This document shows positions 26,935 to 38,720 of a stretch of 64,000 nucleotides of DNA, piece by piece. Position 1 is the first letter of the stretch. The number at the start of each line of letters is the position of its first letter. The stretch comes from Laetmonice hystrix (lineage: Eukaryota): the NCBI GenBank assembly GCA_965235115.1, contig OZ249437.1:19716001-19780000 (forward strand). Reading direction: 5' to 3'. The notes under the pieces were generated by a model. It was not told the origin of the DNA. It was given only the letters and a program-made list of their open reading frames with translations, and made no database searches. Position numbers and translations under genes: made by a program.

Positions 26935-27456
26935 GGGGCCGATAACGGATGAGTTCTCTTGTTTCTATTCCTTGTTAATTCGAAGGATGCGCATTTATTT
27001 CAAGATACTGCTCCATTTATCGCGCTGTAAATGAGAAGATTAAGGAAATGAAATCATGGTGACATTTTTACAGAATATCCAGTCAGATTGTTGGAGAGTT
27101 AAATCAGAACGAAATCATCCTGAGTCGGTGTCAGCCTGATGTGCTGGTAGAAAATGACTGCCCGAAACAGTGCTGGTAAATTAGTTGGGATTGAGGAGAG
27201 TTTTTCGTAAAGACATGTATCATTGACAGTAGTTGCCACTGGAATTCGATAAGGTTTACTCAGCTCCAAATAGATTGTTCCCCTGAACGGATTACTTTAT
27301 TTTAAAAACAGTATAATTTAGGGTTTCCAAAGTGTAGTTTTTATTTATTTGTTCATTTTCTCCTTTCACGTTTGCTGGTACATGGTGCTGGTGCATGGTG
27401 CGTGGTGCATGGTGCTGGTGCCATGCAGTGTCAGTTATATGTGGAAATAGAACCTG

Positions 27457-27582
27457 GGCCCGGTTGACAAGGAAAGTCAAGTCAATTTTAATTAACTTGA
27501 AGTCAGCTTTACTTGAATCTGATTAATTAAGATGAGTTTCAAGCTAATTAAATTTGATTTGACTTTGCTTGTGAACCGGGCC
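27457..27582. mobile_element. MITE with GGCCCGGTT ends and CTG duplication
   Basis: CTG|GGCCCGGTTGACAAG ... CTTGTGAACCGGGCC|CTG with an AT-rich interior. Confidence 0.75.
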
Positions 27583-29100
27583 CTGGTCAGGTGCAGTAAA
27601 TGTCCCGGGTGCAGTAATGCAGTAAACTCGGCTTCACTCGGCAGACACTATGTGAGGTCACAACTGAATGGGACCTCGAGTTCCGGGTGCTTGTAACAAG
27701 AAAAGTAACCAAAACCAAATGTAGATTTGTATGTGACACTGACCACCCTCGTACATTAACCACACTGTACTGCATGCTTACTGACCGTAAGCATATATTG
27801 TCATGACTTGGTCGTTTATTGTGTTATTAATTCAAGGTGTGGGGGAGGGCACTGAGGACGAGAGTATTATAAGCTGGCCAGCCGCACTGATTGACTAGTT
27901 ACCCCAGTGTCACACAGTGCGAGTTGTACGCCAGTCATTTCTTGTGATTTCTTGTTTTACCCTATTCACCTTCGTCAGCGCGGGTTCAGATAACTTTTTT
28001 ACCCCGTTATTGTGAGATAATGTACCCCCCGCACCCTCCTTGAATATCTGTACCCTGTATAAGAGTTGATCACTCAAGAAAAAGTACTACGATGAGGTTA
28101 CCGCGTCCGCAAAAACATAGAGTGCATATGGAGTTCTGTTGCTGAGTAAACACACACACCCTCCCCTTCCAGGATCAACCCCCAGGTATACATAGAGTAC
28201 ATATGGAGTTCTGTTGCTGAGTAAACACACACACCCGCCTCTTCCAGGATCAAACACACGCCCGCCCCTTCCAGGATCAAACACAAACACCCACCCCTTC
28301 CAGGTTCAACCCCAGGTATATGAACCCATTAAATAATGTCACAAATCTGGGGTCTCTGTATGCCGGAGCGAAACCTTGTGTCAGCATGCTGATGTCGACA
28401 GTAGGCCTATAGGCTTCAGTGAAAACATGACTAAAGTAACTGTTGTTACTGACTGCCAGGGGGCGGATCTAGACGGGGTAGTCAATCGATTGGGGGGGGG
28501 GGGGACCAAGGCGGGAAATAGTCAGGCCTCCTCCTGTATCGGTGATAGATATATTTTATAGTTAGAGAAAGTAGTCGGCCTACTGAACGTCACGGTCAGG
28601 GTGAAAGCATGATTATCTACGGGACAAGTGTATATTGTACGGCCACTTTGATGAGGTGATGGAAAAACATTTTATTGTGGCCAGTCGCGCGGTAGATGGT
28701 TTTTTACATCTGTATTCAACATTTGGCCGGTTTTGTTTGTTTACGTGCGACAATTTATTAAAGGCGGCGCCTACTCGGCCCTTGACTTGGCTCGTGGCTC
28801 TCAGCGCTGGCTGGCTACCTGCCCGATCATCATTTATAAAAACGGTTGTTTCTCTTTGTGCAAAAAGTATTTTGTACTTTGTCGTTGATATGAATGTAAT
28901 AGAGAATTGTTTGGCGAATGAACGCGCGTTTCATGGTTCTGGCTCATGTGGTAGCTCCACAGTTCCGAGGTGAGCCGAATGGTGGTAGCTCCACAGTTCC
29001 GAGGTGAGCCGAATGGTGGTAGCCCAACTCTTTCTGCGGGATGCATTGGTGTTGTAGTTCATAGTTCCCCCACAAGGTGGAATGCGCGTCGTACCGTACG

Positions 29101-29118
29101 TGCTGCCACCTGGTGGGA
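29101..29118 (-). promoter_or_regulatory. CTCF-like motif
   Basis: Reverse complement reads TCCCACCAGGTGGCAGCA. Motif match only. Confidence 0.4.
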
Positions 29119-29292
29119 CATATCGCTGACGGACCGTTACCACGGTATCCGAGGGTTGGCGTTGGGCCATCCGATTACTTTAGAAGTTCTCTAGAGGACA
29201 ACGGGCGGTAAAACGAGTTCTCCGTCTGGCAGTCCTGAAGAGAATACGTGTAACGCAGGCCTATGATTGGTCCAATTTACAGGTAGCAGTGA

Positions 29293-29966
29293 GGCCCGTC
29301 TTACTAACGTAGATCCCGGGGATAATCCCCGGGATTGTCCCCAGTTTGGGGACATCCCCACTCTGAGGCGTCTTACTAAGAATGTCCCTCCCGGGGACAT
29401 CCCCAAATCGGGGATTTTGGTGGGGACTGCTACCGAGTTGTCCCCGCCAAATCGCCACTAAGAAAACGTTAATTAGAGGTATATCTCTAAGTAAATAAGA
29501 GCTCAAATGTGTCAAACCGTAAAGTAGAGATCTTGCTTTCTCTCCCCAGTGCCACGAACACAACGTTTGTGTTTACAGAGAGCGCTACGTGACGTCCAAA
29601 CAAACCATTGTCTGACGTCAAAATAGACAGTGATTCTAGCTGACACAGTGAACGGGCATGGAGGACGTCTAAAATAGCGTGTTTTGGAATGTTAGTTTAT
29701 GATAATCAAACAACATAAGTTGAGCTCATGATTTCAGTTATATAGATTGTAAAAGGTAAGAATGCGAAATGGACTACAACGGGTGTTAAAACAGCATGTT
29801 TTAAGTTTCTCTGCTGGGCGAATTATCATCAGCATAAGCGGCAATCGGCGACATGTTAGCAAATGTTAGTAAGACAGGCACTGAGGGATGTCCCCGGGAT
29901 GTCCCCAGGATGTCCCCGTTTGGGGATGTCCCCACTTTGGGGACAAAATTCTTAGTAAGACGGGCC
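29293..29966. mobile_element. MITE with 15-bp terminal inverted repeat and subterminal GGGGACATCCCC/GGGGATGTCCCC repeats
   Basis: GGCCCGTCTTACTAA (29293-29307) and TTAGTAAGACGGGCC (29952-29966) are exact reverse complements. The subterminal repeats are also inverted. No clear target-site duplication. Confidence 0.7.
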
Positions 29967-30010
29967 CCGCTGTATTCCGTCCTGCACACAATGTGTGGTT
30001 GTGAAATATA

Positions 30011-30025
30011 CCGCCAGATGGCAGC
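30011..30025 (+). promoter_or_regulatory. CTCF-like motif
   Basis: CCGCCAGATGGCAGC. Motif match only. Confidence 0.4.
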
Positions 30026-30963
30026 CGTTCAACTGGTGGGCGGGCGAACAGCGAACTCTTGAACTGCACTGCAGAACATGTCGTCCTTGAATTTACTGTG
30101 TCTCTGTGGAAAAAAACAGGTAGTCGATGTAGACGGATGGAGTGTAGATCTATTAATGTCTGAGTGAGATTACATGCTGCCGGGCATGAAACCGAATACA
30201 TTTAATATGTTGAACATGATCATGAACGACCATCAGCGGATGGCTATCGAATATTGGTGGTACAAATTAATAAATCACCATTTCTAGCACCAAACGTAAT
30301 CCTAACTACTAGCCTTGGCCCTCAGATCCCCCACCCCCACCTAGAAAAAGGGAAGAAACAATAGGCCTAACAACTTATAATACATACCAGTCCCGAGCCC
30401 TGTACTAAAACTCTAACCTTGTACTAAATCTCGTGTGGATAATTACCACTGGGAGACGCCAGTGTGGCTCCAGGAATAGCTTGATGTGAGCACTGACCTC
30501 CCGCCTGAGAGTAGTTATCTTGTATACCACCAGAGGGTGCTGATCGTCATGACTGGTCCTGGCACCCCGACGTGCCAAACGACACACCGATATATCGGCA
30601 ACACCCGTCGTGACCCACCGCCATTGGTCAACCGATGGAACCATACATGGAGAGACCCCACTTACAAATTCTTCCTTTATTACACATTCATTGCTTTCTT
30701 GTCGGCCGTCCTGTGTCATTTGGTCACCAATATAGAAGCTAATATAGATCTATTGTAGTTGGCATGAGCAAATAGCCGACACTTGGACTGGTCGATCCAT
30801 CAACGGAACGGACCATGTAGTTCTCGACCCGTCCTTACAGTGAGGGTCAGCGCAAAGCGGGTCACACATAACACTTATAGCTGTAGCTATATCTACTCAC
30901 CTCACACTCTTACTTCTTGTCAGCCTGTGAGTAGGCCAACTCTATTCTCATCAGTCATCTATA

Positions 30964-31309
30964 NNNNNNNNNNNNNNNNNNNNNNNNNNNNNNNNNNNNN
31001 NNNNNNNNNNNNNNNNNNNNNNNNNNNNNNNNNNNNNNNNNNNNNNNNNNNNNNNNNNNNNNNNNNNNNNNNNNNNNNNNNNNNNNNNNNNNNNNNNNNN
31101 NNNGAGACAACGAGAGACAGAGACATAGAGGGAGAGAGAGACAGAGACATAGANNNNNNNNNNNNNNNNNNNNNNNNNNNNNNNNNNNNNNNNNNNNNNN
31201 NNNNNNNNNNNNNNNNNNNNNNNNNNNNNNNNNNNNNNNNNNNNNNNNNNNNNNNNNNNNNNNNNNNNNNNNNNNNNNNNNNNNNNNNNNNNNNNNNNNN
31301 NNNNNNNNN
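30964..31309. other. Two N runs (140 and 156 nt) flanking a GA-rich 50-nt island
   Basis: N at 30964-31103 and 31154-31309, with gagacagagacatagag-type sequence between them. Confidence 0.95.
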
Positions 31310-32053
31310 ACATAAGCACATCACAATATCGTCAGTGAAGATCAATACATTATTGTGTACTACTTTCTTCTTTTTAATACAAGCTATACGAGAATTTCAC
31401 TGATGATTATCATCTTCCAACGTCATTGGCGACTGTGGACAAGGTGAGAGTGATATAAGTATTGGGAGATACGTGACGTTCGTGCGGGGGCGGCAACCAA
31501 CCAAGTGTATTTGAATGACCCCCTATGGAGATCCCAATGTTTTAATTGGGTCACACAACATCAGTCGGTAATCCGCTGGTAGCCAGGAGGACCTCCCCTC
31601 AACCAACTCATTATCTCTAATGGATGGAGGACGAGTTGTACCTGTCAGCGACTCTGTATGTAATAACTGGGTCTATGGCTTCGTGAACTTACTGCTTGAT
31701 GACGCTGCAAACATCTTACCTCGTGGCGTATACCCTCGATGGTCGTTCTGCGTCAGGGAAAGGTTCTGTTTGTTTGTGTACGTGTGATAGATCACCATGG
31801 TGACGTATCTATTAAATCTGAGGGTAAGAACGGAAAATCGAACGCTTTCTTAACGTTAGTCTAAGTCTAATAGACAGATGATCTCATCGTATGAGATATT
31901 TCTCATATCGCTGTGATATCAATTTGAAATCACATGATCTTACTGTGATCTCACCATTTGATCTCACGCTGTGAGATCATTTTGACATCTCTCTGACATA
32001 ACAGTACCAATATATTTTTGAAATGACGTTGTCGCACCAACTTCCTGGGTTCC

Positions 32054-34355
32054 CACAGGGGCACTCTATGCCAGGAGAGTTGTTTCTGTGGGTAGGTTAC
32101 CACAGGGAGTAGATCTATGCCCGGAGAGTTGTGAGATGTTGTTTCTGTGGGTAGGTTACCACAGGGAGTAGATCTATGCCAGGAGAGTTGTGAGATGTTG
32201 TTTCTGTGGGTAGGTTACCACAGGGAGTAGATCTATGCCCGGAAAGTTGTGAGATGTTGTTTCTGTGGGTAGGTTACCACAGGGAGTAGATCTATGCCCG
32301 GAAAGTTGTGAGATGTTGTTTCTGTGGGTAGGTTACCACAGGGAGTAGATCTATGCCCGGAAAGTTGTGAGATGTTGTTTCTGTGGATAGGGTACCACGG
32401 GGAGTATATCTATGCCCGGAGCGTTGTGAGATGTTGTTTCTGTGGGTAGGTTACCACAGGGAGTAGACCTATGCTGTGAGATGTTGTTTCTGTGGGTAGG
32501 TTACCACAGGGAGTAGACCTATGCTGTGAGATGTTGTTTCTGTGCGTAGGTTACCACAGGGAGTAGACCTATTCTGTGAGATGCTGTTTCTGTGGGTAGG
32601 TTACCACAGGGAGTAGACCTATGCTGTGAGATGTTGTTTCTGTGGGTAGGTTACCACAGGGAGTAGATCTATTCTGTGAGATGCTGTTTCTGTGGGTAGG
32701 TTACCACAGGGAGTAGATCTATGCCCGGAGAGTTGTGAGATGTTGTTTCTGTGGGTAGGTTACCACAGGGAGTAGATCTATGCCCGGAGAGTTGTGAGAT
32801 GTTGTTTCTGTGGGTAGGTTACCACGGGGAGTAGATCTATGCTGTGAGATGTTGTTTCTGTGGGTAGGTTACCACGGGGAGTAGATCTATGCCCGGAGAG
32901 TTGTGAGATGTTGTTTCTGTGGGTAGGTTACCACGGGGAGTAGATCTATGCCCGGAGAGTTGTGAGATGTTGTTTCTGTGGGTAGGTTACCACGGGGAGT
33001 AGATCTATGCCCGGAGAGTTGTGAGATGTTGTTTCTGTGGGTAGGTTACCACGGGGAGTAGATCTATGCTGTGAGATGTTGTTTCTGTGGGTAGGTTACC
33101 ACGGGGAGTAGATCTATGCCCGGAGAGTTGTGAGATGTTGTTTCTGTGGGTAGGTTACCACGGGGAGTAGATCTATGCTGTGAGATGTTGTTTCTGTGGG
33201 TAGGTTACCACGGGGAGTAGATCTATGCCCGGAGAGTTGTGAGATGTTGTTTCTGTGGGTAGGTTACCACGGGGAGTAGATCTATGCTGTGAGATGTTGT
33301 TTCTGTGGGTAGGTTACCACGGGGAGTAGATCTATGCCCGGAGAGTTGTGAGATGTTGTTTCTGTTGGTAGGTTACCACGGGGAGTAGATCTATGCCCGG
33401 AGAGTTGTGAGATGCTGTTTCTGTGGGTAGGTTACCACGGGGAGTATAGACCTATGCCCGGAGAGTTGTGAGATGTTGTTTCTGTGGGTAGGTTACCACG
33501 GGGAGTATAGACCTATCCCCGGAGAGTTGTGAGATGTTGTTTCTGTGGGTAGGTTACCACGGGGAGTATAGACCTATCCCCGGAGAGTTGTGAGATGTTG
33601 TTTCTGTGGGTAGGTTACCACGGGGAGTAGACCTATGCTGTGAGATGTTGTTTCTGTGGGTAGGTTACCACGGGGAGTAGATCTATGCCCGGAGAGTTCT
33701 GAGATGTTGTTTCTGTGGGAAGGTTACCACAGGGAGTAGATCTATGCTGTGAGATGTTGTTTCTGTGGGTAGGTTACCACGGGGAGTATAGACCTATCCC
33801 CGGAGAGTTGTGAGATGTTGTTTCTGTGGGTAGGTTACCACGGGGAGTAGATCTATGCCCGGAGAGTTGTGAGATGTTGTTTCTGTGGGTAGGTTACCAC
33901 GGGGAGTAGACCTATGCTGTGAGATGTTGTTTCTGTGGGTATAGGTTACCACGGGGAGTAGATCTATGCCCGGAGAGTTCTGAGATGTTGTTTCTGTGGG
34001 AAGGTTACCACAGGGAGTAGATCTATGCTGTGAGATGTTGTTTCTGTGGGTAGGTTACCACAGGGAGTATAGACCTATGCCCGGAGAGTTGTGAGATGTT
34101 GTTTCTGTGGGTAGGTTACCACGGGGAGACAGGGAGTAGATCTATGCCCGGAGAGTTGTGAGATGTTGTTTCTGTGGGTAGGTTACCACGGGGAGTATAG
34201 ACCTATGCCCGGAGAGTTGTGAGATGTTGTTTCTGTGGGTAGGTTACCACGGGGAGTAGATCTATGCCCGGAGAGTTGTGAGATGTTGTTTCTGTGGGTA
34301 GGTTACCACAGGGAGTAGACCTATGCCTGAAGAGTTGTAAGATGTTGTTTCTGTG
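32054..34355. repeat. Minisatellite with interleaved units of about 59 and 50 bp
   Basis: gttgtgagatgttgtttctgtgggtaggttaccacggggagtagatctatgcccggaga and a variant lacking ccggagagt. Confidence 0.96.
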
Positions 34356-35240
34356 AACCTCACCGAGTGAGGATTCAGTGGAAGGGATCCGTCCCTCTAG
34401 CGGCAGATTATCGAACTCTGTCGTCTCATTATATCCGTCTCGTAATGCGAGCAGAGTCAAGACGATCCGGTGATTAATTCTACAGACAAACAACACCGTC
34501 ATGGAATCCAATGCTGAAGTAATATATGCTATAGCAGATATTAAAACTTTGTTTTATCACCGATCCGGGCTCATTGCCGCGTTTTGTCAATGTGAATATG
34601 AAGAACGAAAGTTGTCCTCATTAAACAATAATTGGGCCTGCAGAAACTTCGCTTCTAGTTTAGAAATATGCTTCCGAATAGGAAAGAACAGCACCAAGGT
34701 ATTCACGCTCAGAAAAAAATAAAACAAACACGAAGAAGAAGAAAAAAGAAAGAAGGAAGGAAAGAAAAAAATCCTGGCTGGAAGTTATCAGGACCCGGCT
34801 CCATCAGTTGTCAGTACTTAAAGGTGAACTTGTCGACAGTAGATAGCCGGAGTGTGTTCATTGACAGATCTATGCCCCGAGCTGGATGTCGGACTAACCC
34901 CACACAGCCACAGATGTCAGCATTAAACACATTTTGTATAGCTTCCATCTATATCTGGAAACCCAGCCATCAACGTTGTTACCACTAGTTGCACTCAGTA
35001 CAGCAGATGTCGATGATCATGAGGGCTAAGCTTTTCCGTCCCAGCATCCTGTTGTATGTCAGCAGAGAGAGATAGAGGGGTTGGGCGTTCTGCTGGTGTC
35101 CTTACTCTGTGAATATTGTAACTCGCCTACCTGAGGATGGATGACTCGTTGATACATGCAGTGGTTAATAACTTTCTCGATTCTGACGTCCTTCTTACCG
35201 TGGATTAATCGTTATTAACGAGTATCGTTCTTAGACTGTA

Positions 35241-35475
35241 GACTGTAGACTTTGAAGGCCCAGGCCGGGCCCTTGCTGTAGAATTCGAAAGCCCAGGCCG
35301 GGCCCTTGCTGTAGACTTTGAATGCCCAGGCCGGGCCCTTGCTGTAGACTTTGAAGGCCCAGGCCGGGCCCTTGCTGTAGACTTTGAAGGCCCAGGCCGG
35401 GCCCTTGCTGTAGACTTTGAAGGCTCAGACCGGGCCCTTGCTGTAGACTTTGAAGGCTCAGACCGGGCCCTTGCT
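35241..35475. repeat. 33-bp unit, about seven copies
   Basis: ctgtagactttgaaggcccaggccgggcccttg. Confidence 0.92.
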
Positions 35476-35484
35476 AACCAACTT

Positions 35485-35616
35485 CAAAAATCAAGAATGC
35501 ATCTCACCGAAAACGGTCGACCGGCCGGCCGATCATTTAAGCATTTCACCGTTATGATTGGCCGTAAAATCAAAAAATTATTTTATGTTTTCGGTGAGAT
35601 GCATTCTTGATTTTTG
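35485..35616. repeat. 30-bp perfect inverted repeat (hairpin or MITE remnant)
   Basis: CAAAAATCAAGAATGCATCTCACCGAAAAC (35485-35514) and its exact reverse complement (35587-35616). Confidence 0.85.
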
Positions 35617-35783
35617 TCCACCGCGGCCAACCATAGCAAATCGGCCGGCCGGCCGGCCGGTCGGCCGGTCGGGCCAGTGGACCAGGCCCATATGAGACCA
35701 TGCTGTGCTAAGATTTACTCACAGAGAAGTCATTAATTGGTACTCGGGAGGCCTGTGTAAACCTATATATCACCGCGGCCCGG

Positions 35784-36338
35784 CGTCCAGCCAGGAGGCC
35801 AAACAGACCCTGTGTCCAGAACGTCCGTGCCTTAGGCCTACGTCCAGCCAGGAGGTCACACAGACCCAGAACGTCCGTGCCTTACGTCCAGCCAGGAGGT
35901 CACACAGACCCAGAACGTGCGTGCCTTACGTCCAGCCAGGAGGTCACACAGACCCAGAACGTCCGTGCCTACGTCCAGCCAGGAGGTCACACAGACCCAG
36001 AACGTCCGTGCCTACGTCCAGCCAGGAGGTCACACAGACCCAGAACGTCCGTGCCTACGTCCAGCCAGGAGGTCACACAGACCCAGAACGTGCGTGCCTT
36101 ACGTCCAGCCAGGAGGTCACACAGACCCAGAACGTGCGTGCCTTACGTCCAGCCAGGAGGTCACACAGACCCAGAACGTGGGTGCCTTACGTCCAGCCAG
36201 GAGGTCACACAGACCCAGAACGTGGGTGCCTTACGTCCAGCCAGGAGGTCACCCAGACCCAGAACGTGCGTGCCTTACGTCCAGCCAGGAGGTCACACAG
36301 ACCCAGAACGTGGGTGCCTTACGTCCAGCCAGGAGGCC
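35784..36338. repeat. 43/44-bp unit minisatellite
   Basis: cgtccagccaggaggtcacacagacccagaacgtccgtgcctta. Confidence 0.94.
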
Positions 36339-36836
36339 AACCCGATCCGTGTCAAATATGAAAAATGAACTTAGCTTCAGTCTGTTATAAGCCCACAGCA
36401 TATAAGATGAACATAATTTAATATGAGCAGGCCCAATGCATCACCTTTTGAGGGTGTGTCTCACAGTCAGAATCATTTTCTATCATATCAACACAACAAA
36501 GTTTTGTCATTCTTGGCATACTCGTACAGGCTCTGTTTTACGGCTGAGAGCGCGGACAGTGAGCGAGCCTGAGCGTTCAGTTTGGCCCGATAGCGTTCGT
36601 TCTCCTGTCGCACCAAGCAGTGGCTTGGATCATTGAACGCACCCCGAGGTGGAGGAACCTGGAGCATGGTCTGGAGGACGCTGGTATCTGAGAGCCGTTG
36701 TATTGACGCTCTCCGCCAGGAGCATCCATGCGGCGTGGATTTGCTGACACTATGAATTACGGATTGCAAGCGCTAGGAGGTCTGTATATATAGACGCGCA
36801 GCAGCACAGACCTGAGAAGTGGGTGCACTTCACAGC

Positions 36837-36883
36837 ATGGAGTGTTTGCAAACACTCCGGGTTTGGGCAGCCAAAGCGGACAG
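36837..36883 (+). CDS. Candidate short alternative first exon (MECLQTLRVWAAKAD-S)
   Basis: agcATGG start, in-frame stop upstream, and a good donor AG|gtcagt at 36884 in phase 2 compatible with the UCR1 exon. It is short, so a chance match is possible. Confidence 0.35.
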
Positions 36884-38277
36884 GTCAGTCCTGATTGTGG
36901 GGCGCTGCTCCAGGACCCTGATACGACCCTGATAACGGTCTCTGCCTGCTAAAGGACTCAGGGAACGATGGGGTCTTGTAAACAGGACATTAGACGTTTT
37001 GTGTACAGGTGGTAGGCAGGCAGCCTGCGTATAAACAAGATGCCGCAGACAACACTGTCTACAATAACGGGGTTGGAGTCTGGGAGAACAACTCGTGAAA
37101 AATTTCAGTCGCCAGCTGGAACTGATAGATGCGCCAAATAAAATTAGAACTTATCTGTGTACCTTCACATTAGATAAGGTAGCGGAATACACAGTAGCAT
37201 TCGCATGAAGTATTTACACACATTTAAATAAATACACGGAACAGGACTAGATAAACATAAATAGAAGCAGCAGATCCACGACCAGAATCAACTGTTGAGA
37301 ACTCCACGACCGGGGGGAGCGCGGCTGGAAGTTGGATCTTCATGTTTTGTAGGACGGGCGTGTGACTGGGCCCAGGGCCAGGATGGGTCCAGTGTTTAGC
37401 TCTGCCACACGTACAGTACCTATCCATGCACTGACTCGGATCAGCACCAGTTTATTGGGCAGGCTGTACTCGTCTCTGTCTGTGGCCACTTGGACGAGCC
37501 TGCTGCTGCAGAGACTGCCAGCCAGCGGACGGCCAGCCAATAGCCGCGCTGGATGTGGCTACCACTCACATACACTGCTGAACAACTGGTATGTGGAGCC
37601 GACAACCAGCGCTCAGAGAGCTGATAGAGAGGGAGCCTGACTGGTAGGGAGGAGGCAGACCAGACCCAGCCCTCCCACCACTGTGAGAGGATCGTGTGTG
37701 GTGACCAGAGCCATCAGACACAAACCTAGAGAGTATAAAGAGACTTCAAGCCAGGATTACGCAGAATGTTGATGGCCAGACGGCATTGCTTAACTTTATA
37801 AACACAGGCCCCGGAACGCTTGCCCGTGAGATTCGTACACTTCCATCAGCGTCTGGAGTTTACCGCAAAATTATTACCTGCAGCTGCACAAAGGTGTACA
37901 GGAAAACTTAGGGGTGCGACCACGACCTTCAACTAAAAGGCCAACGTGTTTTTTTTATCAGTACAGTATTCGTCGGATCGCCACTGTGCCAGCACGTACG
38001 CCCCAGTAAAATTCTACCTCAACGCTGTCACTGGATACCAGAGCCAGGACTTGGGCGCAGTTTGGAGTTCTCTGGGGGCAAGGATTCTGTGGGTGGGTGA
38101 TACCTACGTTGCCATGTGTAATTTATCCCTATTTGCCAGAAACAACACACAGAGGTGTATAATGACGGTATCCAGGACTCGTGTCCCCGTAGACTGTGAG
38201 GGTGTGAGGTGTTGTTAGCTTGGTGTTCAATCTGTGAGCTCTAGCAGCGAGCAGCTTTCTCTGATCCAATCATCGCC

Positions 38278-38654
38278 ATGGATGGCAGCGAAGAGGATGG
38301 TGATCTGACGCCGACCCCGAGTCCCGAGGGTCAATACCCCAGAGTTCAACCCCCTGACACGCCGACATCTGATGATAGCGTGTTCATGGACAGTGGGCTG
38401 CCGCACCCCCTGTCCTCCGGTACCCCACAGGGGGTGGTACCCTCAACCCCTATAATCCTCCACACCAGCGGGCCTGTACAGAAACACTTCCGAGTCAGGA
38501 GTACATCGACTGTACCGTCTTACACCCGGGCCCAGTTCTTCTTCTGTCGGGAAGTCCTGGCGTCCAAGGAGGTCCACATGGCCACCCCAGGTCAGACCAC
38601 CAAGTCCTTGCTCCAGCGGAGGAGAATACGTCAGGGACAACTCACTCCTCTCAG
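38278..38654 (+). CDS. PDE4: Probable isoform-specific first coding exon of PDE4 (Pro/Ser/Thr-rich N-terminus)
   Basis: Kozak context gccATGG, 125 open codons of non-repetitive sequence (MDGSEEDG...QGQLTPL), then AG|gtatgc at 38655. The phase-2 AG plus the C at 51960 gives Ser and reads LTPL-S-FDVENG. The join is inferred, not observed. Confidence 0.65.
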
Positions 38655-38672
38655 GTATGCTCATTAATGGCA

Positions 38673-38720
38673 TGACGTAATGATGACGTAATGATGACGT
38701 CACAATGGTATTGTGACGTT
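38673..38720. promoter_or_regulatory. Cluster of CRE-like sites
   Basis: TGACGTAA at 38673 and 38684, palindromic TGACGTCA at 38695 and TGACGTT at 38714, starting 19 nt after the 38654 donor. Confidence 0.45.

Noticed and set aside
30783-31403. ORFs of 122-206 aa spanning the N runs
   Set aside because: Artefacts of undetermined bases.
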